The notes beneath the pieces were generated by a model. That model did no database searches and was not told the DNA's origin. It worked only from the letters and a program-made list of their open reading frames with translations. The position numbers and the translations under genes were made by a program. This document shows, piece after piece, positions 40,369-50,018 of a DNA stretch of 60,661 nucleotides. Every line of letters starts with the position of its first letter. The first letter of the stretch is position 1. Source of the DNA: Micropruina sp. (GTDB lineage Bacteria > Actinomycetota > Actinomycetes > Propionibacteriales > Propionibacteriaceae); the NCBI RefSeq assembly GCF_027492755.1, contig NZ_JAPUED010000125.1, positions 1 through 60,661 of the forward strand, read 5' to 3'.

Positions 40369-40572
40369 TCAGCAGTCGTTGACCCGGTCGTCCGCCCACA
40401 GCGGCGACCGGGTCTTCAGTTCCGGGGTGTCCACGTCGGGTTCGACCCGGCTGGCGTGCCGGAACTCGACCTCGCCGGCGATGGTGGCCCGCAACCGGGA
40501 CAGCACGTCATCGGGGCATGCCACTGTCGGGGCAGCCTGAAGGTAGCGGCTGACGTCCTCTTCGGAGATCAT
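40369..40572 (-). CDS. 67-aa protein, possible short or truncated anti-sigma-M factor
   Basis: GAGGGAG RBS; directly downstream of sigM; PDDVLSRLRATIAGE helix resembles RsmA-like N-termini; no TM. Confidence 0.55.
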   Translation of the reverse strand: MISEEDVSRYLQAAPTVACPDDVLSRLRATIAGEVEFRHASRVEPDVDTPELKTRSPLWADDRVNDC

Positions 40573-40633
40573 GCTCGCTCCCTCTGTCGGTGACCCTGGG
40601 TTGGACGCAGCGACCGCGTCATCGGTTCCCATT

Positions 40634-41203
40634 TCAGTCCACCTCCTTGAGGTGCTGCAGCAGGACGGCCAGTTTGGCCCGGCCGCGGGAGCATCGGCTC
40701 TTCACGGTGCCGGGCGCGCAACCCAGGATGCGTGCGGCCTGCTCCATCGAGTATCCCTCCAGATCAACCAGGACGAGGGCCGCTCGTTGATCGGCGCCGA
40801 GCTGGTGCAGTGCCGCGGTAACCTCGTCGGCGAGGCTGGAGCGGACGGCGGCGGTTTCCGGATCGTCCCGGGTGGAGGCGAAGCTGAGTGAGCGATCGGC
40901 GTCCTCGGGCAGCGGATCGGACGGCCGGGCCGCGATCCGGCGCAGCCGGTCGAAGCAGGCGTTGACGACGATCCGGTGCAGCCAGGTGGTGACAGCGGCG
41001 TCGCCGCGGAAGTCGGCGGCCCGGCGGAACGCCGAGATCATCGCGTCCTGGAGGGCGTCGGCAGCGTCGTCGGGGCGGTTCATCACCCGGATCGCGATGC
41101 TCCACAGCCGGTCGGCGTGGCGTTCCATCAGCGTGTTGAAGGCACGATCGTCGCCGGCGACGTGCGCTGCCAGCAGCTGGGCGTCGGTGGGTTCGCTGGT
41201 CAT
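40634..41203 (-). CDS. sigM: ECF RNA polymerase sigma factor SigM-like
   Basis: DAQLLAAHVAGD, DALQDA, WLHRIVVNAC, GTVKSRCSRGR; murJ-sigM-trxB synteny. Confidence 0.9.
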   Translation of the reverse strand: MTSEPTDAQLLAAHVAGDDRAFNTLMERHADRLWSIAIRVMNRPDDAADALQDAMISAFRRAADFRGDAAVTTWLHRIVVNACFDRLRRIAARPSDPLPEDADRSLSFASTRDDPETAAVRSSLADEVTAALHQLGADQRAALVLVDLEGYSMEQAARILGCAPGTVKSRCSRGRAKLAVLLQHLKEVD

Positions 41204-41271
41204 GCCGGCACCCTGGGCGGGCAAGCAGGTCGGGCGAACACGTCCCTGAGGCTAGCGGAGATGCTCCGATG

Positions 41272-42559
41272 TCAGGCTGCGGGTCTAGAGAATCGGAGGT
41301 CCACCAGGAACGGCACGAAGGCCGGTTCGTGGGGCAGGTCGGGTGGCCGGCTGCGATACCGGTGGCCGGTGGGTGTTCGGATCGTGCTGGTGCCGTCCGG
41401 TTGGAGGCTGTGCCGCCAGCCGGGATGCTCCTTGAGCTGGTTGCACCGTTCGCACAGGCCCTGGCCGTTGGTGAGGCTGGTGGTTCCGCCGGCATGTACC
41501 GGGGTGATGTGGTCGATGTGCCGGATGGGTGCCCCGCACCACGGCGTCCGGCAGACCTCGTCGCGAGCCTTGATGAAGGCCTTCATTCCCTTGGGGAAGC
41601 GGCGCCGGCCCGATTCCATGGTGACCAGCTGACCGCTGCCGGGCCGGACGTAGAGCCGACGGACCCAGGCTCGGTTGTTGCCGATGGCGTCGGCGGCGAG
41701 TCCGCGGGCGATGGCGGCAGGGATGGGCCCGTGGTCGCTGATCCGGGCCGGGGTTTCGCTGCCACCCAAGGAGTGCTTCGTCGGTGATCACCAACTGGAT
41801 CTCGATGTCGACCTCGCCCGCTTCTTCTTCGCCGGTCACGCGGGCGACGAGGGTGTCGGCCATCACCTGGTTCTTGGAGCGCTCATCGCCGGCGGCACGG
41901 GCGGTGCCGGCGGCAGCGGTGAGAGCGGCGTAAGCGGCGACGCCTTGGGCGACCGGTAGCAGGGCGGAGACGCGGGTCATGCAATCGGGCGCCGGCCGGA
42001 TGGTGACATTCCGGTCAGCTTCGGCTTGCCCGATGCGGGCGATCACGCTGTTCGGGTCGAGTTCGTAGGCGAGCTTTCGGGCTTCGGCGGCGACCTGCCG
42101 GATGGACAACTCGGCGAGCTTGGGGCCGAGTTCGGCATCGATCAGAGCGCGGTGGGTTCTCGACAGGCACGCGGTCTCGCGAGCGAGAACGGTGGTGTGC
42201 CATTCGGAGATCTCGCCGGCGGTGAAGGCCGCCATCGTCGTGGGCATTTCGGAGGTCAGTACGGCCGCCAAACTGACCAGGGTGCTGGCACGGTGGGGTG
42301 ATTCGTGTCTGGCCAACCCGATCTCACCGGCGACCGAGACGGGTACTCGCTTCACGTTGCGGCCCTCGGCACGGGCCTCGGCTTCGCGCACCTGACGCAG
42401 TTCGACAGTCAATCGCGCCTGGGCAGCCGCAGCCGCGTTCTTGAGGCGCTCCAGTTCGGTGATGTGGTCGATGAGTTCGACCGGGTCTCCGCAGGACAGA
42501 TCGGCGACCGCGGTGACCATGCCGGTCAGTGCGGTGTCATGCCTGCCAAGTGCCTCCAT
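41272..42559 (-). pseudogene. DUF222 (13E12 repeat family) + HNH endonuclease, split by a +1 frameshift
   Basis: N-part (42559 to ~41768) and C-part (RD..CRTPWC, DHI..VH.GGTT...NGQGLCERCN) join if one G of the minus-strand GGG at 41765-41767 is removed, giving ...EALLGGSETPARI... Confidence 0.85.
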
Positions 42560-42689
42560 CTCTCTATTGTAATAGTACAAATGTCTGAATACAAGGGATC
42601 GGTTGGATGTCTCTCGAAGTGGTCGGCGAGACCAGGGAGCGTCCAGTAGTTCTTTGTCTCAGGTAGCACTGACAGTTATCGCGCGGCTG

Positions 42690-42712
42690 GGTCTCGACAA
42701 GCTCGACCAACG
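42690..42712. repeat. REP-like family 1, single arm
   Basis: GGTCTCGACAAGCTCGACCAACG, identical to 94-116. Confidence 0.8.
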
Positions 42713-42825
42713 GTGGAGGAACTCGATCGAGGAGAACTGATTTCGGTCACGCTGTCGCATCCACGTTCGCTCGTTCGTTGCCAAGATGGGCGGCAACCGG
42801 CCGTCCGCGAACCAGGAGGATCACG

Positions 42826-43170
42826 ATGACCGAATACCTGCTCTCCGTCTGGCACGACGGCGATGTCGACACGATCAACGTCAGCGACGAGGACACCCAG
42901 CGGATGTACGCCCAGGTGGACACCTTCAACACCAAGCTTCAGAGCGACGGCAGATGGGTCTTCGCCGGCGGCCTCACGGCGCCGTCCTCGGCGACCGTGG
43001 TCAGCCCCAGCGGCGAGCTCACCGACGGCCCGTTCGCCGAATCCAAGGAGCAGATCGGCGGATTCTGGGTGATCCGGGCGTCCGATCTCGACGAAGCGCT
43101 CGCCTTGGCCCGCGAGGCAGCCAAGGCCTGCGAGGGCAAGGTCGAGGTCCGCGCCTTCCAAGGGGCATAG
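42826..43170 (+). CDS. YciI/DGPF family protein
   Basis: TDGPFAESKEQIGGFWVI, VEVR; AGGAGG RBS. Confidence 0.92.
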   Translation: MTEYLLSVWHDGDVDTINVSDEDTQRMYAQVDTFNTKLQSDGRWVFAGGLTAPSSATVVSPSGELTDGPFAESKEQIGGFWVIRASDLDEALALAREAAKACEGKVEVRAFQGA

Positions 43171-43175
43171 GCCGG

Positions 43176-44447
43176 GTGAGCACGGCCCAGCTGGACGAGC
43201 GGATCGAGCGGATCGTCCGCGATGAGTTCGGACGCGTCGTCGCCGCGCTGGCCCGCCGCTTCGGTGACCTCGATGTCGCCGAAGAGGCGGGTCAGGAGGC
43301 GCTGGTGAGCGCCATGGAACGGTGGCCGACCGACGGCATTCCCCCCAACCCCGGCGCCTGGCTGACCACCACCGCCACCAGGAAGGCAATCGACGTGCTT
43401 CGCCGAGAACAGCATCGAGGTGCGAAACAACAGGCGGCGCAGGCGATGTTGTCGCCGACCGCACGAGTCACCGCGGGCGTCGTCGACGAGCGTCCCGACG
43501 CACCCGCCGACGACGGGCCCGTCGCCGACGACCGGTTGCGGCTGATCTTCACCTGCTGTCACCCGGCGCTGGCCGAACCGGCCCGGGTGGCGCTCACCCT
43601 CCGGCTGCTCGGCGGGCTGACCGTGCCCGAGATCGCGGCGGCCTTCCTGGTGCCGGAGCGCACGATGGCCCAGCGCATCACCCGGGCGAAACGCAAGATC
43701 GCCGAGGCCCGCATCCCTTTCCGGGTACCGCAAGCCAGCGACCTGAGCGAGCGGTTGGCCGGCGTCCTGACGGTGCTGTTCCTCGGCTACAACGAGGCCT
43801 ACCTGCCGCACGGTCCCGAGCTGCGGATCGACCTGGCGGCCGAGGTGATCCGGCTCAGCCGGCAACTGGTCGAACTGCTGCCCGACGAGCCGGAGCCGCG
43901 CGGTCTGCTGGCCCTGTTGCTGCTCAGTGAGGCGCGGCGTCCGGCCCGGTTCGCCGTCGACGGCACCCTTGTCCGGCTCGACGAGCAGGACCGGACGCGG
44001 TGGAACGCCGAGCTGATCGCGCAGGGGCATGCCCTGGTCCGGCGCTGCCTGGAGCAGAACCGGCCCGGACGATACCAACTGCTCGCCGCGATCAACGCCG
44101 TGCACACCGATGCCGCGACGGCCGCGGACACCGACTGGCGGCAGATCGTCACGCTGTACGACCAGCTGCTGACAAGGCTGGACACGCCGGTCGTCCGGCT
44201 GAACCGGGCCGTGGCGGTGGCTGAGATCGCCGGTCCGCTCCCCGCATTGGAGCTGGTGGACGCCCTCGCCGACCGGTTGGATGGCTACCACGCCTTCCAT
44301 GCGACCCGAGCCGATCTGCTGCGCCGGCTCGGCCGGACGGCACCGGCGGTGAAGGAATACGACCGAGCGATCGAGACCGCCGACAACGCCGGGGAGCGGG
44401 CGTATCTGACCCGGCTGCGCAATTCGCTTCGCCCTCGCGGAGGCTGA
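43176..44447 (+). CDS. ECF sigma factor with C-terminal TPR-like extension (ECF42-like)
   Basis: WP.DG.P.NPGAWL, DDRLRLIFTCCHPAL, MAQRITRAK, GRYQLLAAI; paired with a DGPF gene. Confidence 0.9.
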   Translation: MSTAQLDERIERIVRDEFGRVVAALARRFGDLDVAEEAGQEALVSAMERWPTDGIPPNPGAWLTTTATRKAIDVLRREQHRGAKQQAAQAMLSPTARVTAGVVDERPDAPADDGPVADDRLRLIFTCCHPALAEPARVALTLRLLGGLTVPEIAAAFLVPERTMAQRITRAKRKIAEARIPFRVPQASDLSERLAGVLTVLFLGYNEAYLPHGPELRIDLAAEVIRLSRQLVELLPDEPEPRGLLALLLLSEARRPARFAVDGTLVRLDEQDRTRWNAELIAQGHALVRRCLEQNRPGRYQLLAAINAVHTDAATAADTDWRQIVTLYDQLLTRLDTPVVRLNRAVAVAEIAGPLPALELVDALADRLDGYHAFHATRADLLRRLGRTAPAVKEYDRAIETADNAGERAYLTRLRNSLRPRGG

Positions 44448-44449
44448 GC

Positions 44450-47400
44450 TCAGCCGCGCACCTCGATGTTCGTGATCCCACCCTGGAAGTAGTTGCCGGA
44501 CTCGGGCGGCAGCGAGGTCAGGTAGACCAGCAGGAAGCGGGTCTTGACCGGCTTGTCCAGTTTCATCACCGCGGTCCCGCTCGCTTTGCCAACCGTGGCG
44601 ATCGTGGCCCAGTCGGCTTGCGAACGCATCGGTGCGGCGGTGACGGTCGCGTCGGCGGGAATGCGCAGCTCCACCGCGGTGCCCTTGCCGATCACGCTCA
44701 CGCTGACCTGGCTCACGGTCTTGGTGCTGCCCAGGTCGAGGACCAGCCCGACACCGGGCTTGAGCCGGCCCAGCCGGGCGTCCCCGCGGTACCGCTCGGA
44801 CAGCCAGGCGCTGTCGGGATCGTTGTCGATGGCGCGGGGCGCGAGACGTGCGTTCTCGTTGCCGCTGCCCCGGTCCGCGATCGGGTCGAAGTCGGTGGCC
44901 GACACGATCGGGATCACCGCCGCCACGCTCGGGCTGGACGTCGCCGGGGTGCGCCGAGCGCTCAGCTGGCTGACCGCGACCCAGACCAGCGAGCCGGCCA
45001 GAACCAGGCCGAGCAGACCGATGAGCAGCGCCAGGAACCGGCGCGGCGGACGTCCCATGCCGCCACGCTGCGGGGACGGCTGCATCAGCTGCTGCGTTCC
45101 GGTCCGCGCCGGCGGCGGGATCGGGGTGAACGGCTCGGTGCTGGGATCGTCCGCCTTGAGTCCGGGGAACTGCCACGGCTCGGTCGACTCGCCCTCGTCG
45201 CCGGCGTCCGGATCATCGACCAACGAGGCTGGAGACGCCGGAGGTGCGGCGGGCTCCGCTTCCGGGCTGGGCACGGGCACGGTGAACACCGACGTCCCGG
45301 ACGTCTTGATCATCGCCACCGGCAGCCGCAACCGGCGCTCCAGATCGGGGGCGGCACTGGCCTGCCCCAGCACCGCACTCAGTTGCTGAGCGACCGCCCG
45401 GGCGGTGGTGATGCTGGTCTGCCGATTGCGCGGGTTCGGATTGAGGATGCGGTCGCACAGCGTGTCCAGCATCCGCGGGACGCCGGCCTTCACCTGGGCC
45501 GGCGTGAGGGTACGGACGCCGTCGCGCGGCGCGGCGCGCAGGCCGAAGCCGTCGCCGTCCGGCCAGCGGTTGACCAGGCAGGCGTAGAGCACTGAACCGA
45601 GCGCTCGGACGTCGGCGGGCTCGCCGGTCAGCGCCCGATCGTCGGGGTCGAGGGCAGCCTCGACCAGCAGGCCGACGATCCGGACGTTGCCGGCGGCGGT
45701 GATCACCACCGTGTCGGGGTTGATCCGTTCGTGGTAGAGGCCGCGGGTGTGCAGCGCGGCGAGCGCCTGCGCCAGCTCCTTGACGATCCACGCCGCCTCG
45801 ACGGGGGACAGTGGTCCACCGGCGAGAACCTGCTCGAGCGAGGTGCCGGGGGCGTACTCGAAGACGATGTAGTGCTCGCCGCTGTCGAAGGCGCCGGCGT
45901 CCAAAACCCGCAGAAAGGCCGAATCGGGCGCGCCCGAGGCACGCTTGGCAACGCCGATCATCTCCTCGCCGCGCGGATCCTCCGCGGACAGCAGATGCAT
46001 CAGGACGGCACGCGAGAGCCGCTGATCGAAGGCGCGCCAGGTAAGGGCACGGCCACGCCGGGCGAGCAACTCGTCCAACCGGTACCGCTCGCCGAGCACC
46101 TGGCCGACCAGTTCGGCGGCCGCGGCGTCATCGGCTTGGGCAGTGGGGTCGTCCGGATCGGGGTAGTGCAGCACGGCCTGATCGCCCTCGGGTTCGATGA
46201 CGATGAACTGACCGGCACCGTCCGGGTCGGTGTTGATCTGCTCGGGTTCAGGTTCCGGCTCGGGGTCGTCCTCCTTGTCGGACGGCGAAGCCTCGGAACG
46301 AAACGGCTCGACCTCCTCGGCGACCTCGTCCGGCTGCCCGGTCACCACCGGATGCGGATTGCGGCGGCGCCGCAGCACGCCCAGCACCTGGGTGGCTTCA
46401 CTGATCCGTAGCCGCTTGGCGGCGAAGAAGAAGGCCAGCACGGCCACGAGTGCGGCCAAGCCGAGGCCGACCAGGGTCAGCAGCGCCGACTCGAAACGGG
46501 TGAAGTACCAGGTGATCGCCCAGGCCAGCACGCCGCTGGGCACAGCCGCCACGGCCAGCTTGGCGAGATGGCGGATCAGGTCGCCGCCGTCCAGGCCCAC
46601 CAGGCGTTTGCGCAACGCCAGATGCGAGAGCCAGGCGCCCAGTATGTAGGACAGGCTGTAGGCCAGCGCGAGCCGCGGCGCCACCGTATTCACGTCGTGC
46701 CAGGCCAGCATGAAGCCGACAGCCAAAGCGGTGTTGACGCCCGAGATCACCACTTGCAGCAGGAACGGCGTCCGGGTGTCCTCGAGTGCGTAGAAGCCGC
46801 GCAGGTACAGGTACTGAATGGTGTACGGCACCAGGCCGATGCCGAACGCCATCAGCGTCCAGGCCACGTAGTGGAAGTCGGTGGCGCCCTGTCCGAGGCC
46901 GAACGCGACCCGGGCGATGGGTTCGGCGAGAACGATCATTCCGATCGCCGCCGGCACCAGGAAGGTGACCGCCAACCGGCTCGCCCGTTGCACCTCGGCG
47001 GCGACACCGATCATGTCCTTCACGGCCGCCAGCCGGGACGCGTGCGGCAGCATCGCGGTGGCCAGCGAGACCGTCAACAGCGAATGCGGCAGCACCCAGA
47101 TCAGATAGGCCTGGTTGTAGACGTTGCTGCCGGCACCGGAGCCGCCGACCACCGCCGAGGTGGCCAGCCGAGTCACCACGGCCTGCGCGACCAGAGTCAG
47201 CGCGACGTAGCCCATCATCCACTTGGCAAGGTGGAACGTGTGGCCCAGGCCGGTTCCCTTGAGATCCCAGCGGGGCCGGTAGCGGAAGCCGGTGCGCCGG
47301 TAGAACGGGATCAGGATCAGCGTCTGGGCGACGATGCCGAGAGTGGAACCGCCACCCAGCAGCAACGCCTGCTGGGTGCTGAACGGAGCCGACGTGTCGA

Positions 47401-47992
47401 GGCCGCCCCAGAGCACCGCGTAGAGACCGAGCACACCGATCTGCACCACGTTGTTGGCGATCGGCGCCCACATCATCGGGCCGAACGAGTCCCTGGCGTT
47501 GAGCACCTGGCCGATCAGGAAGAACGCGCCGTAGAAGAACAGCTGCGGCATGGTCAGGTAGGTGATGAAGACCAGCGACTGCCAGTGCGGCAGGCTCTGC
47601 CAGGCCGGATCGGTCCACAGCGTCAGCAGCCACGGCACCGCCGCCACCATCAGCATGGTGACCACGGCCAGTCCCGCCAGGAAGGCGGTCATCACCCGGT
47701 TGACGTAGGTCTGCCCGCCGTCGGAATCGTTCTTGATGGCCCGGACGATCTGCGGTACCAGCACGGTGTTCAGCGCGCCGCCGGCGAAGAGCATGTACAG
47801 CGTATTGGGGATCAGTGTGGCCAGGCCGAACATCTCGACCTGCCGGGTGCTGTTGCCCAACGCGAAGGCGAGCAGGATCGCCCGTCCGAAGCCGAGGATG
47901 CGCGACACCATGGTGCCCGAGGCCATCACGGCGGTAGCGGTCAGCAACCGCCGTCCGGTCGTGGCGGGGGCTTCCCGGCCCTCGTCGCTCAA
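44450..47992 (-). CDS. murJ: Lipid II flippase MurJ/MviN fused to a pseudokinase, a TM helix and an extracellular carbohydrate-binding-like domain
   Basis: GTMVSRILGF, GGALN..LVPQ, LLTVSLATA. Kinase-like region RYRLDELL...YHERINPD...IVGLL lacks HRD/DFG. C-terminal AIDND.DS.W...GVGLVLDLG. TTG at 47992 overlaps the upstream stop. Confidence 0.92.
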   Translation of the reverse strand: MSDEGREAPATTGRRLLTATAVMASGTMVSRILGFGRAILLAFALGNSTRQVEMFGLATLIPNTLYMLFAGGALNTVLVPQIVRAIKNDSDGGQTYVNRVMTAFLAGLAVVTMLMVAAVPWLLTLWTDPAWQSLPHWQSLVFITYLTMPQLFFYGAFFLIGQVLNARDSFGPMMWAPIANNVVQIGVLGLYAVLWGGLDTSAPFSTQQALLLGGGSTLGIVAQTLILIPFYRRTGFRYRPRWDLKGTGLGHTFHLAKWMMGYVALTLVAQAVVTRLATSAVVGGSGAGSNVYNQAYLIWVLPHSLLTVSLATAMLPHASRLAAVKDMIGVAAEVQRASRLAVTFLVPAAIGMIVLAEPIARVAFGLGQGATDFHYVAWTLMAFGIGLVPYTIQYLYLRGFYALEDTRTPFLLQVVISGVNTALAVGFMLAWHDVNTVAPRLALAYSLSYILGAWLSHLALRKRLVGLDGGDLIRHLAKLAVAAVPSGVLAWAITWYFTRFESALLTLVGLGLAALVAVLAFFFAAKRLRISEATQVLGVLRRRRNPHPVVTGQPDEVAEEVEPFRSEASPSDKEDDPEPEPEPEQINTDPDGAGQFIVIEPEGDQAVLHYPDPDDPTAQADDAAAAELVGQVLGERYRLDELLARRGRALTWRAFDQRLSRAVLMHLLSAEDPRGEEMIGVAKRASGAPDSAFLRVLDAGAFDSGEHYIVFEYAPGTSLEQVLAGGPLSPVEAAWIVKELAQALAALHTRGLYHERINPDTVVITAAGNVRIVGLLVEAALDPDDRALTGEPADVRALGSVLYACLVNRWPDGDGFGLRAAPRDGVRTLTPAQVKAGVPRMLDTLCDRILNPNPRNRQTSITTARAVAQQLSAVLGQASAAPDLERRLRLPVAMIKTSGTSVFTVPVPSPEAEPAAPPASPASLVDDPDAGDEGESTEPWQFPGLKADDPSTEPFTPIPPPARTGTQQLMQPSPQRGGMGRPPRRFLALLIGLLGLVLAGSLVWVAVSQLSARRTPATSSPSVAAVIPIVSATDFDPIADRGSGNENARLAPRAIDNDPDSAWLSERYRGDARLGRLKPGVGLVLDLGSTKTVSQVSVSVIGKGTAVELRIPADATVTAAPMRSQADWATIATVGKASGTAVMKLDKPVKTRFLLVYLTSLPPESGNYFQGGITNIEVRG

Positions 47993-49944
47993 AGCTCCTC
48001 CTCGCGTTGCTTGCGGCGCACCTGACGGATGCGCAGCGCAGTCGTCGCCACCAGCACGACACCGGAGACGATGACAATGATCCACCCGATCACGCCCAGG
48101 TCGGTGACCTCGACCGCGATCCGGGTGCTTTCGCCGATCGGTTTGCCCGAGGTCGTCCGCAGGCTCGCGGTCACGTTGACCAGGCCGTTCGAACTGGCTT
48201 CCGGACGGACGTTGATGGTTTGGCTCTGCCTGGGGCCGACGGTGATCGGAGCCGTGTCGGCGATGCTGATCCGTTGTGGGTTGTCCGAGGCGAAGACGAC
48301 CCGGACGACGATCGGCTCGGTGAGTTCGTTGACCACGGTGACCGGGAACTCGTTGCTGCGCGACGACATCAACACCCGCGGACTGGCCGAGAGCCGGACG
48401 TTGTCGGCGAGCGCGTCCGATCCGACGGTGCTGTTGACCGCGGCCAGCCAGGGGCCGGCGCCGCTGCCGCCGATCCACGCGGTGGACACCAGTCGGCTCA
48501 GGGTGGACGGTTCGTCAACGGCAAGTTCGGAGTCCGGCACCAGGTCGCGGTAGTCGGCGAAATCGCCGGCGAGCGTGTTGAGCTGCCGGAACCGCGAAGC
48601 GGGCAGGGTGGTCGGCTTGGCGGGCAGCACCAGCGCCGCCGCCGGAACGTCGGCCGCGTCGTCGAGCAGGCTGCCCAGTGCGGTGCGGGTCAGCCAGTTC
48701 GGGCTGCTGGCGGCGTCCGCGGCGGCGGCGTCCGCGGTGTCGATCAACCGGACCAGCCCGCCACCCAGAATGGCCTCGGCGTACTGCCGCTGGGCGCGTT
48801 GCACCGGCCCGTCGTCGGCGCCAGGGCCGCCCGCCGTCGATGGTGGGGCGAGTCGCAGCAGGGTGGAACCGGACGGCCCGGGCGCGACCACCGGGCCGCG
48901 TCCGGCGGTGCTGACCGCGATCGCGTCGGCGTCCGCGTCGTGCAGCCAGGCCGGGGTGGATGGTCCGGCGACTCCGTTGTAGGGCAGGGCGACCAGGGGC
49001 AGGCTGCTCAGCTCGGGCACCGTGGCGGCCGCAGCCATGGAACGTTGCAGCACGCCGGTCGCCCGGTTCTTCTCGGCGCCGAGCACATCGGGGTTGGCGA
49101 ACAGGGTGCGGGCGCCGCGATCCTTCGGCAGCGCGCGGAACCGTTGCAGCCAGGCCTGGGCGACCGCCTGCCCGGTGCCGGGCTTGGTCTCCTTGCCGTC
49201 GACGACGCTGTAGCCGTCGGCCATGTCGATGACCTCGTCGATCAGCGCCGGGTCGACCAGCCAGGACATGCCCGAGCGGCCCGCGACGCCGAGCAGGGTA
49301 TTGAGCCGGCCGTTCAGTTCACCGAGCAGTCGTTCGTCGGCGAACACGTTGGGCCGCACCTTGGACGGGGCGGCCGAGAGCAGCACCACCGACGCCAGCG
49401 GCAGCCGCTGCTTGGGTTTGGTCACGTAGAAGGTGCGGGCCTGGCTGAGCACCTGGAAGTTGCTGGAGGCGTCCGCTGTGCCGCGGACCTGCACGCCCAA
49501 CAGGTAGACGTTGCCCGGGTTGATGAAGCCCAGGTCGCTGAGCTTGCCGCGCACGGTGAACTCGGCTCGCGCTCCGGGGTCGAAGGCCTGGTCGGGAGCG
49601 GTGACGGAGAAGTAGTGGTCCGAGGTGCGGTAGAGCCGCACGCCCCAGGTCTGGGTCTGGCCGCTGAGCACCGAGTCGAACGCGGCCGGTTCGGTGATCG
49701 GATCGAGCGAACGCCACAGGATGGCCCGGACGCCGAACGCGGGCTGGGCGCCGATGTTGGTCACCGTCCCGCGCAGCACGGCGGTGGCCTTCTTGCCAGA
49801 ACCGGTGGTGCGCAGGCTGGTGAGTTCCACCTTCAGCTGCGGCACGGCTGCCCGGGCGGGGGTAGCAGGAGCGACCAGCACCACGGCGACGGTGATCATC
49901 CAGGCCAGCACGAGCGCGAGCTTGGCCGGGAGGGTGCGGGTCAC
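47989..49944 (-). CDS. Secreted/membrane-anchored protein (DUF6049-like) upstream of murJ
   Basis: Signal peptide ending ARAA, GNVYLLGV, WLVDPAL, PVTVVNEL, C-terminal TM; conserved position between cca and murJ. Confidence 0.82.
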   Translation of the reverse strand: MTRTLPAKLALVLAWMITVAVVLVAPATPARAAVPQLKVELTSLRTTGSGKKATAVLRGTVTNIGAQPAFGVRAILWRSLDPITEPAAFDSVLSGQTQTWGVRLYRTSDHYFSVTAPDQAFDPGARAEFTVRGKLSDLGFINPGNVYLLGVQVRGTADASSNFQVLSQARTFYVTKPKQRLPLASVVLLSAAPSKVRPNVFADERLLGELNGRLNTLLGVAGRSGMSWLVDPALIDEVIDMADGYSVVDGKETKPGTGQAVAQAWLQRFRALPKDRGARTLFANPDVLGAEKNRATGVLQRSMAAAATVPELSSLPLVALPYNGVAGPSTPAWLHDADADAIAVSTAGRGPVVAPGPSGSTLLRLAPPSTAGGPGADDGPVQRAQRQYAEAILGGGLVRLIDTADAAAADAASSPNWLTRTALGSLLDDAADVPAAALVLPAKPTTLPASRFRQLNTLAGDFADYRDLVPDSELAVDEPSTLSRLVSTAWIGGSGAGPWLAAVNSTVGSDALADNVRLSASPRVLMSSRSNEFPVTVVNELTEPIVVRVVFASDNPQRISIADTAPITVGPRQSQTINVRPEASSNGLVNVTASLRTTSGKPIGESTRIAVEVTDLGVIGWIIVIVSGVVLVATTALRIRQVRRKQREEEL

Positions 49945-50018
49945 CGTCCCATCGTAGGGTGCGGGTCGCGCCCGATCCGGCAGGAGGCGAGCGGGCCCTC
50001 CCGGTAGAGTGTCGCGAC

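Noticed and set aside
42826-44447. YciI + extended ECF sigma as a new system
   Set aside because: Matches the described ECF42/DGPF pairing.
47993-48478. N-terminal extension of murJ to 1342 aa
   Set aside because: Overlaps the DUF6049-like gene in another frame; TTG 47992 has an RBS and a coupled stop.
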